From: Octopus sinensis
Taxonomy: Eukaryota
NCBI RefSeq assembly: GCF_006345805.1
Contig: NC_043004.1
Coordinates: 19,220,001 to 19,284,000 of the forward strand
Direction of reading: 5' to 3'
DNA length: 64,000 nucleotides
Shown piece by piece: positions 12,725 to 26,131 of this stretch. A program made the translations under genes and the position numbers. The notes under the pieces are model-generated. The model was not told the origin of the DNA, searched no databases, and saw only the letters and a program-made list of their open reading frames with translations. Within the stretch, counting starts at the first letter, position 1. Each line of letters opens with the position of its first letter.

Positions 12725-12942
12725 GGCGGCAAGCCAGCGGAATCGTTACCACGCTAGGCAAAATGCTTCCCAACATTTCGTCCGTCTTTACGTTCTGAGT
12801 TCAAACGCTGCTGAGGTCAACTTCAACTTTCTCTCATCTTTTCGGGGTCGGAGAAAAATAAGTCCTAGTTAATCATTGGGATCGATGTAATCAACTTATT
12901 TCCTTCCGCGAAATTGCTGGTCTTCTGCCAAAATTTGAAATC
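12725..12942 (+). mobile_element. SINE family C
   Basis: Full unit ggcggcaagccagcggaatcgtt...aaaatttgaaatc, matching the 5.4-5.9 kb and 28.6 kb copies. Confidence 0.8.
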
Positions 12943-12962
12943 AATATTAGTAGCGTTCTGTT

Positions 12963-12995
<33 letters not shown>

Positions 12996-15814
12996 TATAT
13001 ATATATAAATATATTGACACTTCCCAATTTACACACAACGCCTTATCTCCTTGATAAGTGATAGATGTAGACTTACGAACGGAACTGTTAACAGTTCGTA
13101 TCATGTCGGCAGGCTTTACTCTGTCACGTAAATGTACGCAGTGATTCATTACCTGTAGTTGTAAATAGAGCTACTTATACAGTTTATTACTGCAAACAGT
13201 AAGTGAATTGTACTTTGTTAAATTGCAGGTTTGAGTTCAGAGTCTATTTTGAAGTCACGTTTGTCAAAGGATTACTTTCAGTTAGTCCATAATAAGAGGA
13301 TACTGTTTTCAAGTTGTATCCTTACACTGTCATTGGTGTTTAGAAATCACTTCAGTTAGCTACATAAATATCTATAAAGAATTTTTGTTCGAAAGTATCA
13401 ACCGCAGTACAGACTCTTATAAATACTTTTAAACAAACTGCTTTAGGGTGACTAAAAGGACATAAGAGAAAACAGGATTCTGAGAAGGTAACTGCAGTGA
13501 AGTATTATCAAGTTAGGCAATCGTATATTTAATGACATACACAACTTAGCAAGATATAGGAAATAACAAGATCAAAATACGAGACGAACCAAGCTAGAAA
13601 GAAATGCTCGATGTTCGTTCTTCAGCTAGTAAGTTAATGTGTAACACTAATGAGCTCTGGTTGCTTCTGATGCATTATATATAAGAACATCACTGACACG
13701 TTGAATATGTAAGCCCCATGGATTGCTTTAATTATTCTCTGGGATACATATATGCAGTATTATAAATTACCAATTACTACAGAAATTCCATTGATGTTAG
13801 GTTATCTAGAATGAGCAAAGCAAATGATAATTTTGAAAAGATTTCATCTTTGTTAATAATGTAAATATGTAATGACAGAGATATATAATTTCATTAGAAT
13901 ATATAAATAGAGTAGGCGTATGAAACATCAGTAATATTGTAGGTCACAAGATTTTAATGGATATTTTCAAAGAACGTTTTTTCATCAGAATCTACTAATG
14001 ACTCTTAATAACCTCTACATTGTAACGTAAAATATGAAAGTTCACATTTTACTACTTCTAGACTGCTTAGGCTAAATATGTATTGTTCAGTCATAACACA
14101 TCATTTCTATTATCTTTCAACATGATGTGCTCGTCGCTTGCAACAATGTTACTGATGTTCGCTGGTGTGCAGTTCTTGCACGCTTCTATTTAAAATAATT
14201 AATTGTACAAAGCTGAGATTCATTACTTATGCAGCATTGGTTAACGTATAAGAGTAAACTGAGAATAGGCACTAATAGTTATGATTAATATATGCATGTG
14301 TATTGTGTAAATATATGAGAAGAAGAGAGAGCAAATTGGTGATACACAAAATTGTGAAACCAATGCGCTTAGCAGAGCATTCCATCTGTATTTAATAACT
14401 GTAAAACTACACAGTTTACTCAAAGAACTAAAGTTTCATACATGCACTTATCAATTTATGAAACTTTGGAAAGTGGCATGCACAAAAACTATGATTATAT
14501 ATGCGTGTGAGTATATAGATAGATAGATAAAAAGAGAGAGAGAGAGAGAGAGATCGACACATGCATGCATACATAGGACAGGATAGGATAGGATAAAGCA
14601 AGAATTTTTCACATAAAACGTTATGTAATACAACCAGTAAGATTAGGCTTGAGTTTGAATGCATTACATAAATGTGTAATCTTGGGTCTCATAGAAGAAA
14701 ACATTCTTCAATCAAGATTGCTAGCTTACACTTCTGTTCATTCAGCAAACTATTTGCAGTATGAATTAAACATACAAATCCTGTATTGATTCTTTTTTTT
14801 TCTTTCTCGTCATTCTAAAACACTCATAAATTTGCAGAAATTAGAAAATTACTACAAGTAGTGCAAAATTTGAAATTATCTGATGTCATTATTCAAAGCA
14901 TGTCATTCTGGTGACATACAACTAAGCTCTCAGCAAACTACATTCGTGATTTTTATACGAAATAGCAATGAATTGGAAATGGGTATTAATCCCACCATGT
15001 GGATTCCAATGCTTTCGTGGATAAGATTTTGCTCTCACTTTTGATCAATCATAATTGCTGTGCTTGGTTATTTGTACAATTGCATGAGGCTCACTAATTC
15101 TCATCTCCTTATACACGAATAAGAAATAAGAATGAATATGGAAAACGTCGGCGTTGTAGAGCCAAATTAAGTGAAAAGAGACGACAAGAAATGTTGTCTT
15201 TATAATTGAGATCAAAATAGTCTGAGAAAAGAGCTTTCAGATGCTATGAAAAGTGTTTTTATTTTTTAAGAATGATGCTCTCTAATTTTTTTATTATTGA
15301 TATTTTTGTTGTTACCAAGTAATTAATCTTTCATTGTGAAAGTGGTGATAGCCATGCATTTCCGATGTACAGAATTTGCTTTAGCAGGTCAAATGAACGT
15401 GAATCTAGGTTGTGATCTGACGTTAGATACAAGCATAACGCTTGTTCCCGTATTCATTAATAATATTTTGATGTAACATATATATATGAATATCTATCTA
15501 TTTATCACTCTCTCTTTCACTCTCTGTCTCACTCTCCCTATATATATATATATATATATAATATATATATATATATACACACACGTACATACATAGATAC
15601 ATACATACATACATACATACATACATACATACATACATACATACATACGTAAGGATCTTACCCAGATTGACCATTTAAAATTATCAGGCTGAAGCCAAAA
15701 GTGTGGGGGTGAGAGAAGAGGGATAGGGATAAATTAGAAAAACAAATTACAGATAACTGCATGTGTGTGTGTGTGTATATATAGATAGAGATGGGGGAGA
15801 TAATGAGGTGATAT

Positions 15815-15874
<60 letters not shown>

Positions 15875-16374
15875 ATTTGTATATGTGCGCGTGTCTGTGT
15901 ATACCCACAAAGACATACATTAACGTACACCTATATACATGCGTCAAAACATCTATAACTATACAAACATTTAAACATAAACGCATACCTATACGCACAC
16001 TACAAGCAGAGATAACAACAAATATACATACAGTTAACGACAAATATATATACAGTTAAAAACATAGACACTACCTGTTTAATGGCTAGGTCTTCGGTGA
16101 CTAGACTGGCCACCTCATAAACTTTCTTGACGAGGAGAGCAGTTGTTGGATACCCTGCACGACAAAATATAGAACACATTAAAGGGCGGAAGAACTAATG
16201 AGTAGCCAATGGCCATCGAAAAATGTGTGCATATTTCTCTATAGTGTATATACATTTTTATTTTTATTATATTTTAAGATTTTATGTTTTATATACATAC
16301 ATGTGTATATAGGTGTGCTTTTCTATATTTATCTTATATATTATTGATATTCCTTTTAATATATTTTAAAAATT

Positions 16375-18600
16375 ATATGAGTATAGCAGCTTGGAACACA
16401 CAGAAAAAGCATCCGGAGCGCAAAACCATTGCTGGTCGTTTGGAGATAAGGTTACCAGATTCTGATCAGCTGAATGAAATAATTAGCGAGTACACCTTCT
16501 TGTGGAACGGTAAATCTGAGAAGAAAAATGGAATCTGGTGTGAGTTTGGCTATTAATAATGAAATTGTATATAAAATAGAATCCTTGCGAAATGGAATTA
16601 AGGACGGTCCTATGTTATTACAAATCCCAATTGACCTACAAAAATATGCTACACTCATAAGTTCATACACACCAACTTCTAGTTCTGGGATGCATCTAAA
16701 GATTAACTTAATTCCGATTTACGAATATTACTGAAATGATTTCTCAATCAAAATACATTTTTTTCTTTTAAATGATTTTAATGCACATGTTGGATCAGAT
16801 ACCACTCTTGGCCAAATATTCTTGGTAAGCATGTTCCAGATAAAATGAACTCAAATGGATCCCTACTATCTTTGAGCAGTGAGTTTGGACTTTCTGTCAC
16901 CAATACAGTTTTTCAACAGTCCAATGAAAACAGAATAACTTGATATCACTCTAGATCACCTCATCTTCACTTCATTGACTAAGTAATTGTCCGAACCCGC
17001 GATAGAAACGATGTTAACACGGTTTGTTTTCTCCATAGGGTAGAATGCTGTTCTCACCATGTTATCGTTTGCAGTAAAATAAAAATGAGAACAAAGCTGG
17101 TCATAAAATAATTTCGTAAAAAACTTATAAGGAGACGTGATATTTCAAAACTCAAACTAGATAACAGGTATATTCTCGCTCAAACACTTGATGCAAAATT
17201 ACATAATGTTAAAATCACGGAAAATTTAGAAGAATCATAGAGTCAACATAGAGATACTATTTATCCAGAGTCCTTGGTTTATATATGAACTGCTTCAAGA
17301 AATATACAGTCTTCACAAAAAATAGATTACAAATAAGATTACTGCTAGAACGAAAAAGCTTTACAAGTCTACTAAAAGCTCTGTTCAAAATAAACTCCGA
17401 AAAATAACTCTTCCTCAAGAATTTAAAGATGTAACGTTTGTTCGTCTATATGAGTATAAATGTAATGGATGTGAATGTGACAATCATCATGGCTTATCGC
17501 TGCTTTCTATTGCAGGAAAAAGTAATCTTAAACGGAATTAAACGGAATAATCTAAAGTATTAACACTGGCTTAGTCACCTCTGTCTATCTAGAGAGTCAG
17601 CGTGGATTTAGGTCAGGTCGAGTTACAGTGGCTATTCAGCTTGCGACAAGATAAAGAGAAGGCTCTGGAGTATAATGCTTTGTATGTCGGCAGGCTTTTT
17701 GGAAAGCACTACCAATACTCATGATTCCCGATCAAACGCTAAATGTGTTCTTACATAAATACATGAAAGTATCCGTTCTCTCAAATTGCTGTCAATCTCA
17801 GCCTTTAGATGATAAAAATAGTACAAAAAAAAGACTGTATTCTGGTACCAGTATTATTTGCACTATTTCTTTTATAGTTATGCTGAATTTTGCGGTACTT
17901 TTTGGTGATCTCACCCAACTACAAAAGTCTTGTCTAACCCTCAATAAAACAAACAAAAAAAAAAGAAAAAATTATAAACACGAAAAGCAAAAAGATTAAA
18001 CATTTTATTGAATCTGATAATAATTTTTGTAAAAAATCATACAAAACAGAAAAAAATTAAACATCTTATTGAATCTAATAACATTTTATAAAAAATCATA
18101 CCATGCTTATTGAGGAGGTCAGAAGTCAACAATGTTTTGAAGTACTAAATCAAAATGATCTAACCCTTTTAATTCATTCTCTTGTTGCCACATAAACAGG
18201 AAATATTTTAATGGGGTTGAGATAACCGAAATGTACCAATTGTGCTTTTCCCTACGTAGAAGATAAGGTGTTTCTTGAAAATAGGAAAATGAGTGACATC
18301 TTCAACCAACATTGTTTCAAAGGAAGGACTAAAGTTGCATCTCAGACAATAAGAGGTTTGCGGTTTGCAGACGATTGCTGATACACTCGAGGACATCCAG
18401 CACTTCATATATAGATTTGTAGCAGCAGCCAGATCTTTTGACTTAACTATCAGCATAAAATATACTGAACTGTTGTCCTGCTAACAATCTGAAAATTTTG
18501 GTCAGCCTGTTTGTTAAAGGCAAAACTGTGAAAGCAGTTGATGCTTCCACCTAATTTGGTTCTGTACTAACAAAATCTTCTAAACAGGATGAATTGTAAA
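16375..18600 (+). mobile_element. Degenerate RTE-clade LINE (APE endonuclease and RT remnants), interrupted at about 17700-18130
   Basis: APE motifs MSIAAWN..., YTFLWNGK, ESGVSLAINNEI...MLLQIPI...ATLISSYTPT, NDFNAHVG. RT motifs HGLSLLSIAGK (~17490), ESQRGFRSGR (~17595) and TLEDIQHFIYRFVAAARSFDLTISIK (~18385). Confidence 0.85.
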
Positions 18601-18763
18601 CATTGATGAATTTTAGTAACAGTAATGTGAGAGTGTTGCTCATTCTTGTTTTTTTTTTTGTGTGCATATATATATATATATGCACACACACGACGTATGA
18701 GTTTTCAGGGACAAGACTAAAACAATATCCAACCAATATATGTGTGTGTCTGTGAGTGTGTGT

Positions 18764-18816
<53 letters not shown>

Positions 18817-19329
18817 TTCAAGGTTCAAGTGACTCAATGCAGCACTCAAATACCGTCAAGATTATTCTTATCTCCTACCTCCGTTTAACAAAGACCTCTT
18901 CAATGTCACTACTGAAGTGGAAGTTATTAGTAGGCAGTAGGCATGTATGTATATATGTATGTACGCATGGATGCTTGTATGTATATATGTATCCATGCTT
19001 GCATGTATGTGTGTATGCATGTATGTGGGTATGTATTTATGTAGTTATGTATTCATGTATGTATACATACATGCATACATGTATATATGTACATATGTAT
19101 GCAAAGAAATCTTGTACGCGGGTTAGAACGTTGGCATTTCTCAACATTGATGAGTAATGCAACTAAATGATTACACTCCATGTTCTGACATACTGTGCTC
19201 TGAGTCCAAATCCAGCTGGAATTAGTTAGTGCATCAGATAGGATGCCGTTCGGTATCTGTTTCTACAGCCTCAAGATTACGAAGGGAATATTGTAAGCAG
19301 GCAACCGGATCTACATTTATGATATGCAT

Positions 19330-19490
19330 ACACACAGGCAGATATATAGATAAACTCATTCATACACACACACACAGGCAGATATATAGATAAACTCATT
19401 CATACACACACACAGGCAGATATATACATAAACTCATTCATACACACACACAGGCAGTTATATACATAAACTCATTCATACATACACACA
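19330..19490. repeat. Minisatellite, about 4 copies of a ~36-40 bp unit
   Basis: Unit (ca)n-ggcagatatatagataaactcattcata repeated four times. Confidence 0.9.
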
Positions 19491-20368
19491 AAGTGTTGTC
19501 TATATTTACCTTCTCAAATACTTTACTTTAACTTTCAAATAAGTATCACAATGTAAATATGTACTAGATGAAATCAAGAAATATTTTTTTCCGTTTCGTT
19601 AGCTGTTAAAAGATGTTGTGCCAACAATATCATATCTTTGGTGTCGGTTTATGACAGTGAGGATTTTTATTTCCCAAATATATAAAAGATGTGTCAGAGT
19701 TTATGGAAAATTGATTAAACTAAAATACAAAACAAACAAGACAAAAATACAACCGACGCAGCACATGGATTATCTCTACCAAAATATAGATGAGAAAATC
19801 GCCCGCTGTGTCTCATACTATATGTAGACACAGTGTTAGAAGACATAATGCAGAGGAATTGTCTGAAATACAATTTCTTTATGGACGTGTGGCGAGAAGA
19901 AGATATCATGGCGAGACGAAAATATAGCGAGGCAAGTATCGTCACTGCTGTGATATACAAAAACTACTTCACTTTTGCTGTAGCTTCTTAATACTATGCG
20001 TCCGATTGTCATATACTGAAAGAACATTCATGTCTCACTATATAGGAAACACCGAATAAAAGCTGCAATGGCATTGCAGAAGCTTGCCGGGCAGCATAAA
20101 AACTCGCTATACTCAACTGAAATAGGATTAGATTAAAATCGCCATCAAGGTATCGTACTAATTGTATGTCAAGTGTTAAAAATCCTGATGCTCTTGAATT
20201 TTCTGAGATATAATCTCACCATAGATTTATGGTGTTCAAAAATGCCGCGAATATATCGGAGCAAAATGAAGATCGTACCTGCAGAGAATGACAAATATGT
20301 TTCGTCTTGTGAAGTCTTGTCATGCTGTGCTGCCGATTCCTACCTGTTTAAACAAAATTAGTATCCTG

Positions 20369-20437
<69 letters not shown>

Positions 20438-20546
20438 ATATATATATGAATAGATGGACAGACAGAGACAGAAAGACAGACAGAAAGACAAATAGATAGA
20501 TAGATAGATACATTTTAATATATATTTATAATGTTTTATTTTGCAG

Positions 20547-20682
20547 ACGCTCTGTGAAAGCTTTAATTCTGTTACTACCATTGTTTGGAATTCAAATTCT
20601 GATTGTGACATACAGAGTTCCTGAGAGCAGCAGACATTACTTCTGGGTGAATATCATTAGTGATACCATAACAGGAACAAAG
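20547..20682 (+). CDS. Class B1 GPCR exon: TM6, ECL3, start of TM7
   Basis: Acceptor ttttattttgcAG, donor GTAATT (20683). 136 nt = 1 nt completing an Arg codon + 45 codons RSVKALILLLPLFGIQILIVTYRVPESSRHYFWVNIISDTITGTK. Contains the class B TM6 PxxG motif (PLFG). Confidence 0.93.
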
Positions 20683-21414
20683 GTAATTACTTTTTAATTA
20701 TTTCGATTTCTTGGGAATACTTTTAGAGACTACATTGTATGAAATCTTTTATAAAATTTTAGCAGTCTTCAATGGAATTTCAAACATGTTTAAATAATCA
20801 GCTTAATCAACTTCACAGCTTTTATAAGTTATCTACTTTCTTGTTTGTTCTTTCCTTTGCTGTTTGTTTCTTTCCTTCCTCTCTCTCTCCCTCTAACACA
20901 CACACTCTCTCTCTTTCTATCTCTCACTCACTCTTTTCATATATATATACTTACATACATGCCTATATATAAACATACATATATATGTATGTATGCATCT
21001 ATGTATGTTATACTGACTGGTTACTTATAAAACATTCAAATCTTCACAACTTTATTTCTTTAGACATTGCGAGAGTCTGATCATTCGTCTCAAATGTAAA
21101 CAATGGTTGTAGTCAGCATGAAATTAATTTTTAATTGATTACTATTCTGAATTTGATGTTTCACGCCTATGTTTTATGAGTTAAAAGAAAACTACACAAG
21201 CCGAAATTCGAGAGAGGATTGGAATCACTGCTTCAGTACATGAGTGGATTTCTAAGAAGAACGCAATTCAACCAGTCTTGAGGGCTATCATTACATGTTA
21301 CGTGATGTTTTCTTTTGTCACTTATGTAATATGACGAGATTTGTTTTCAAATCCTGTAAGAGGTCTATATATCTTCATAATGACTATATATATATATATA
21401 TATCTATATATATA

Positions 21415-21445
<31 letters not shown>

Positions 21446-21472
21446 ATATAATATATATATATATAATATATA

Positions 21473-21551
<79 letters not shown>

Positions 21552-21579
21552 TGTATTATGCATGTATGTATGTATGTAA

Positions 21580-22059
21580 GAAACCGGAATTTCGCAGAAT
21601 TATTTTATTCACTTAGCTTTACATATTTACAATTTTACTGCCTTCATAGTATTCTCCGTTTGACGCCATACATTGGTCGAGAAGCGTTTTCCATTGTCCG
21701 AAGCAATCCCGGAATGCTTCCAAAAATATGCCTTTTAACGCCTCTGTCGTTATTTTCTTCATATCTTCCACGTCTGCAAAATGTTTTCATTTAAGGAATT
21801 TTCACGTTCGGGCGAACAAAAGAAAGTCGTAGGGGGCAAGAACTGACAAGTATATTAAAATATCTGGTTAACAGTTTGTCCGGGAGGACCATAATGTGCG
21901 TGGACAATTCCATTCTCATCGATGAAACACATTAATATCGTCTTGATATTAAAATTAACTTGATGCACTTTTTGGGGACGTGATGACATCGAAAGCTTCC
22001 ATTGATTTGATTGCTGCTTCGTTTCCGAGTCGTTACCGTAGCATCAGCTTTCGTCACCA
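21580..22059 (-). mobile_element. Mariner transposase fragment (internally deleted, catalytic and C-terminal parts)
   Basis: Minus strand reads GDES*CYGNDSETKQQSNQWK...IVHAHYGPPGQTVN and LAPYDFLLF...HFADVEDMKKITTEALKGI...FRDCFGQWKTLLDQCMASNGEYYEG. Confidence 0.85.
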
Positions 22060-22712
22060 TGCAAAAGGCTAAGCCCAAATAACCTAGTCATAAGAGACTT
22101 GATGTCTGGATTACATAGAGAGAGACTCAAGTTAATAAAATGGACAATTAATAGCAAAATTATCAGAAATAATCTAATTCAACATGGCTTAATTTCAGCC
22201 TTGATTATTCGTAGAGGAAAATTTAATTAATGCTTGTATATTTCACTAGGTACTCAGACTAGTATATATGTAGACAAATACAGATAAATTTCAAAACCAA
22301 AGGCACATCAAGTGGCAGTATCGCGCCAAACGACGAGACCGGTTGAAGACTGATGCCTGAAGCTTGCATCAAGTAACGCCGAGCGGCGGAAGTCTGAACT
22401 GCAACGGACTTGTCCCACAGAGGACGTTTTCTGTTACTTTTGTGTACCCCCTCGCATAGCAGATATAGCCGAACAAACACGCACACACACACACATTCAC
22501 CACCACATACACACATACTCATACGAGTAGAGACGATAGATTACGCATACGTTCACAGTATAAACCAATATATACGTATCAAGACATACACACATCCAAA
22601 AAGAAGCAATCATGGTTATGTATGCTCCCATTAACAGAGTTTATAGATACATATACAAACGCGCATACACCCACAAAATAACATACATATATATATAGAG
22701 AGAGATACATAC

Positions 22713-22769
<57 letters not shown>

Positions 22770-23112
22770 CATATGTATATATATATGTATATATATGTAG
22801 GTATTTGTATGTATATATATATATATGTATATATTTATGTGTGTGTGTGCATATCCATATAGATATAGATATGCAAGTATACATAACAATATACACAAGA
22901 AGATATACATATATATTCACAATATATAAATAATATAATTCATATAACATAACTTAATACAAAATGCAATTTATAAGTGCAAAATAATGCATCAAGTTGC
23001 CGTTTGAAAATCATATCCGTCATTGGAATTTAAAAGCGGAAAATTCAGAATATTCATACAAGTAAGTTACAAACATACATGTATATTTACACACGCATAC
23101 ACATAAATATAT

Positions 23113-23910
23113 ATAAAGAAGCCTTCAACATCATCACCCAAAACCTCCCCATCCTCACAGCAGACAAAACAATGAACGAAATTTTAAGCTCATATAAAAT
23201 TATAAAAAGCAAAAAGCAACCGAAGTCACTGAAAAGATTACTAACCAGCGCTAGACTTTACCCACTAACTACTTAGCCAAAAGTGACAAAATGTGGACGT
23301 TCCAACTGTGGAACATGCCCCCACCTTCTGGAGGGTTCAGAATTTCAATTCAAACAAGGAGAAAAATTTAAGATCAAGTCAAATTTCACCTGCGCCTCGG
23401 CAAATGTAATCTATGTCATGACATGCATAGGATGCGGTAAACTCTATATTGGACAAACAGGAATTTCGCTCCGTCAAAGAATCACCATTCACAAAGAGCA
23501 AATCTGCCACCCACAATACAGACAGTTAAAGGTGAGTGAACACATAGAAAGATGTGCCAGGAATCTTAATCCCAATTTCCAAATATTTCCCTTTTACCAA
23601 TGCTCACAGAACACCACAATGCAACAAAGGTTGAATAAAGAATCATTTTTCATCAACAAATTTCTCCCCCAAGTAAATGTGAACACACAACTCAATACAG
23701 AACACCATTAACTCTTCAATTTAAATCACTAAACCCTATACACTTTCTACATCACTCACATTTCTAATTCCTGAACTACTTACCTCCCTTACAAATAATC
23801 TCTTTTCTCAGGAACTATTAGACCTGACACCGTTTACTAACCGGTGTTGTTCAAACGATGAATAGCTAACGCGAAAACCAATTGGTTCGTTTCAGTCTCT
23901 TACCTTATTA
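23113..23910 (+). mobile_element. 5'-truncated Penelope-like retroelement: linker, GIY-YIG endonuclease and 3' region
   Basis: ORFs 23079-23276 and 23283-23711 are in one frame separated by a single TAG: KQPKSLKRLL...KCGRSNCGTC...FTCASANVIYVMTCIGCGKLYIGQTGISLRQRITIHK...VSEH...RLNKESFFINKF. Confidence 0.93.
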
Positions 23911-24102
23911 TTATTATTATTATTAACTTCTTATAATCATCAATAATAAGGACTTTTTGACTAGTAATACTCTAAATGTATATATTTGTCACTACCTGTC
24001 ATAAATAGCCTTTTTATATCTACAATATGCATTTTCGTTGATTTTCTATATTTTAACCTTACATTTCCACGTGTATTTTATATTTTTTTCAAAACACATT
24101 TC

Positions 24103-24173
<71 letters not shown>

Positions 24174-24634
24174 TATAAACATACACACACATACACATCC
24201 ATTGACATACACATATATGCTATATAAATTAAAATTATAATGCTTGCAAGAAAAGAGGCTATACACGTAGTAAAGTCATACACTCTAACACAATTATATT
24301 ACGCAATACGGCAATACCGAAGTACAATTTACGGTGTGTTACTAGTGTATATTATCAACAGTAAACATAGTTATCGTATTGGTCAGAGGATTACAGACTA
24401 CACATACTCAATTACCATAAAAGAAATATATTTTAAACCTGTTACGTAATGCGAAATGGTCTCTATCTGTATTTCATATATTTCACACCCAAACACACAC
24501 ACACACACGGTTATTTATTATTGACTCTAACTTATTAATGTCCTTACTTTTAAAATACTTCGATTCACTTAGATCTTGCAAATAATTATATGTATGTGTG
24601 TGTATGTATGTATATGTATATATATATATATATA

Positions 24635-26131
24635 CCGGAGTAAACACATAAATGTGAAACAAGGTGGAAAAAAGAGTACTCAAATACCAGTGGTAGAGTA
24701 ATATGCTTTATTTTAAGCAGCAGAAAATTCAACAAAATCTGTTACTCTGAGTTTCTCGTTGCCGTTCATCAGACAGTTTTTGCTAGAATGGAACTGATAT
24801 ATCAATTCAATCTATACTCTTACAAACGCTACACCTTTAAAAAGAAATGGACTTGTTTGATTGGCCCTTTAGAAAAAACGGTCAATCTTCGAGCGATAAA
24901 CAAAAAGGTCAAAGATATATGTATATATATATATATAAAACTTATAAAAATTATAAAATCCGAGGAAAAAACCTATTGACGTTAATGAAGACAGTGCAAA
25001 TTAATGCATAGAAATTAAACCTGTTATAAATACTGCAATACATATTTATATTAAAATCTACATATATATATCAACATACACAAAAGGATGCGCGTAAACG
25101 CCATACATACATATACAGACGTATGAATATAAATCTAAATATACACATAAAAGCATGTGTACATATATTCACACAAACCGTCTCGCACGCAAGCTAAAAT
25201 TCATCTATGTAGCAATTCTCATATACTGAGCAAGGAGGGGAAACGAAAGAAAGGGAGAGAGAGAGAAAGGAACGAAGGAGGGGTGGGGAAAAAACGAAAT
25301 AAGAAAAAATTATGTATACGAGCAGTGTAACGGTATTATTGGCATATATAAAGACCAGTATACATACACAAGTTTGAATGGATACAGTCGTGTATATGTG
25401 TGCTTAAGCACAAACATACTTTCACTTACACATACACAGATACGCATGCTTACAAATACATATGCTTTGCTATACACATACTTATATAAACATTCTAATT
25501 TTGACAACATTGTTTTTTTAAAAAAACATTGCTTTTAAAAATGGGTGCATTAATAAAAATATATACGAAAGACATATAAAATAAAATAAAATATAACATC
25601 CTATTTTGGGTCATTTATAAATAATCAAGGTAATCCTATGCAATACAATAACATGAAAACAAAGTTTGTAGGTTTTTCCTAATATATATGTAGAAACATA
25701 AGACTTTGCTATACGGATTAAGATCCGCATAGCTTGGAAACAAAAACAAAATCAAAATCCATCGTAGCGCTCATCATTCAAGAGTCAAAATCAAAATCAA
25801 AAATACAAAATATATACTCTATCCATATGGTATATTTATATTCGACATTTTAAATTTAGCCGCGTGCCTACATAAGTTCATTAGCTCACTTCTTTGATTC
25901 AAATTTGCACTGTCTTCATTAACGTCAATAGGTTTTTTCCTCGGATTTTATAATTTTTATAAGTTTTTTATATATATATACATATATTTTTGACCTTTTT
26001 GTTTATCGCTCGAAGATTGACCGTTTTTTCTAAAGGGCCAATCAAACAAGTCCATTTCTTTTTAAAGGTGTAGCGTTTGTAAGAGTATAGATTGAATTGA
26101 TATATCAGTTCCATTCTAGCAAAAACTGTCT
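24635..26131 (-). mobile_element. Non-coding PLE-like/retrozyme-like repeat with hammerhead motif and inverted partial terminal repeat
   Basis: 24770-25002 and 25902-26131 are near-identical ~230-bp inverted repeats. Hammerhead at 24734-24780 on the minus strand. A homologous copy lies at 8915. The left flank is a (TA)n tract. Confidence 0.65.
24734..24780 (-). ncRNA. Minimal type I hammerhead ribozyme
   Basis: Minus strand: aaaactgt-CTGATGA-acg gcaa cga-GAAA-ctc a gag-TA-acagatttt. All core nucleotides present, stem I ctgt/acag, short stem II with a GNRA loop, quasi-palindromic stem III, GUA cleavage triplet. Confidence 0.75.

Noticed and set aside
13199-13228. GTAAGT...ttgcAG mini-intron-like sequence
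   Set aside because: About 30 nt, too short for a normal intron, and the flanks have no supported frame.
19330-19490. Regularly spaced repeats suggesting a CRISPR array
   Set aside because: Tandem minisatellite without unique spacers; eukaryotic context, no cas genes.
22335-22375. Hammerhead-like remnants (also about 41960-42005, 49250-49275 and 62555-62605, minus strand)
   Set aside because: Only partial elements (a hairpin or a palindromic stem III); the CTGANGA and/or GAAA core is missing.
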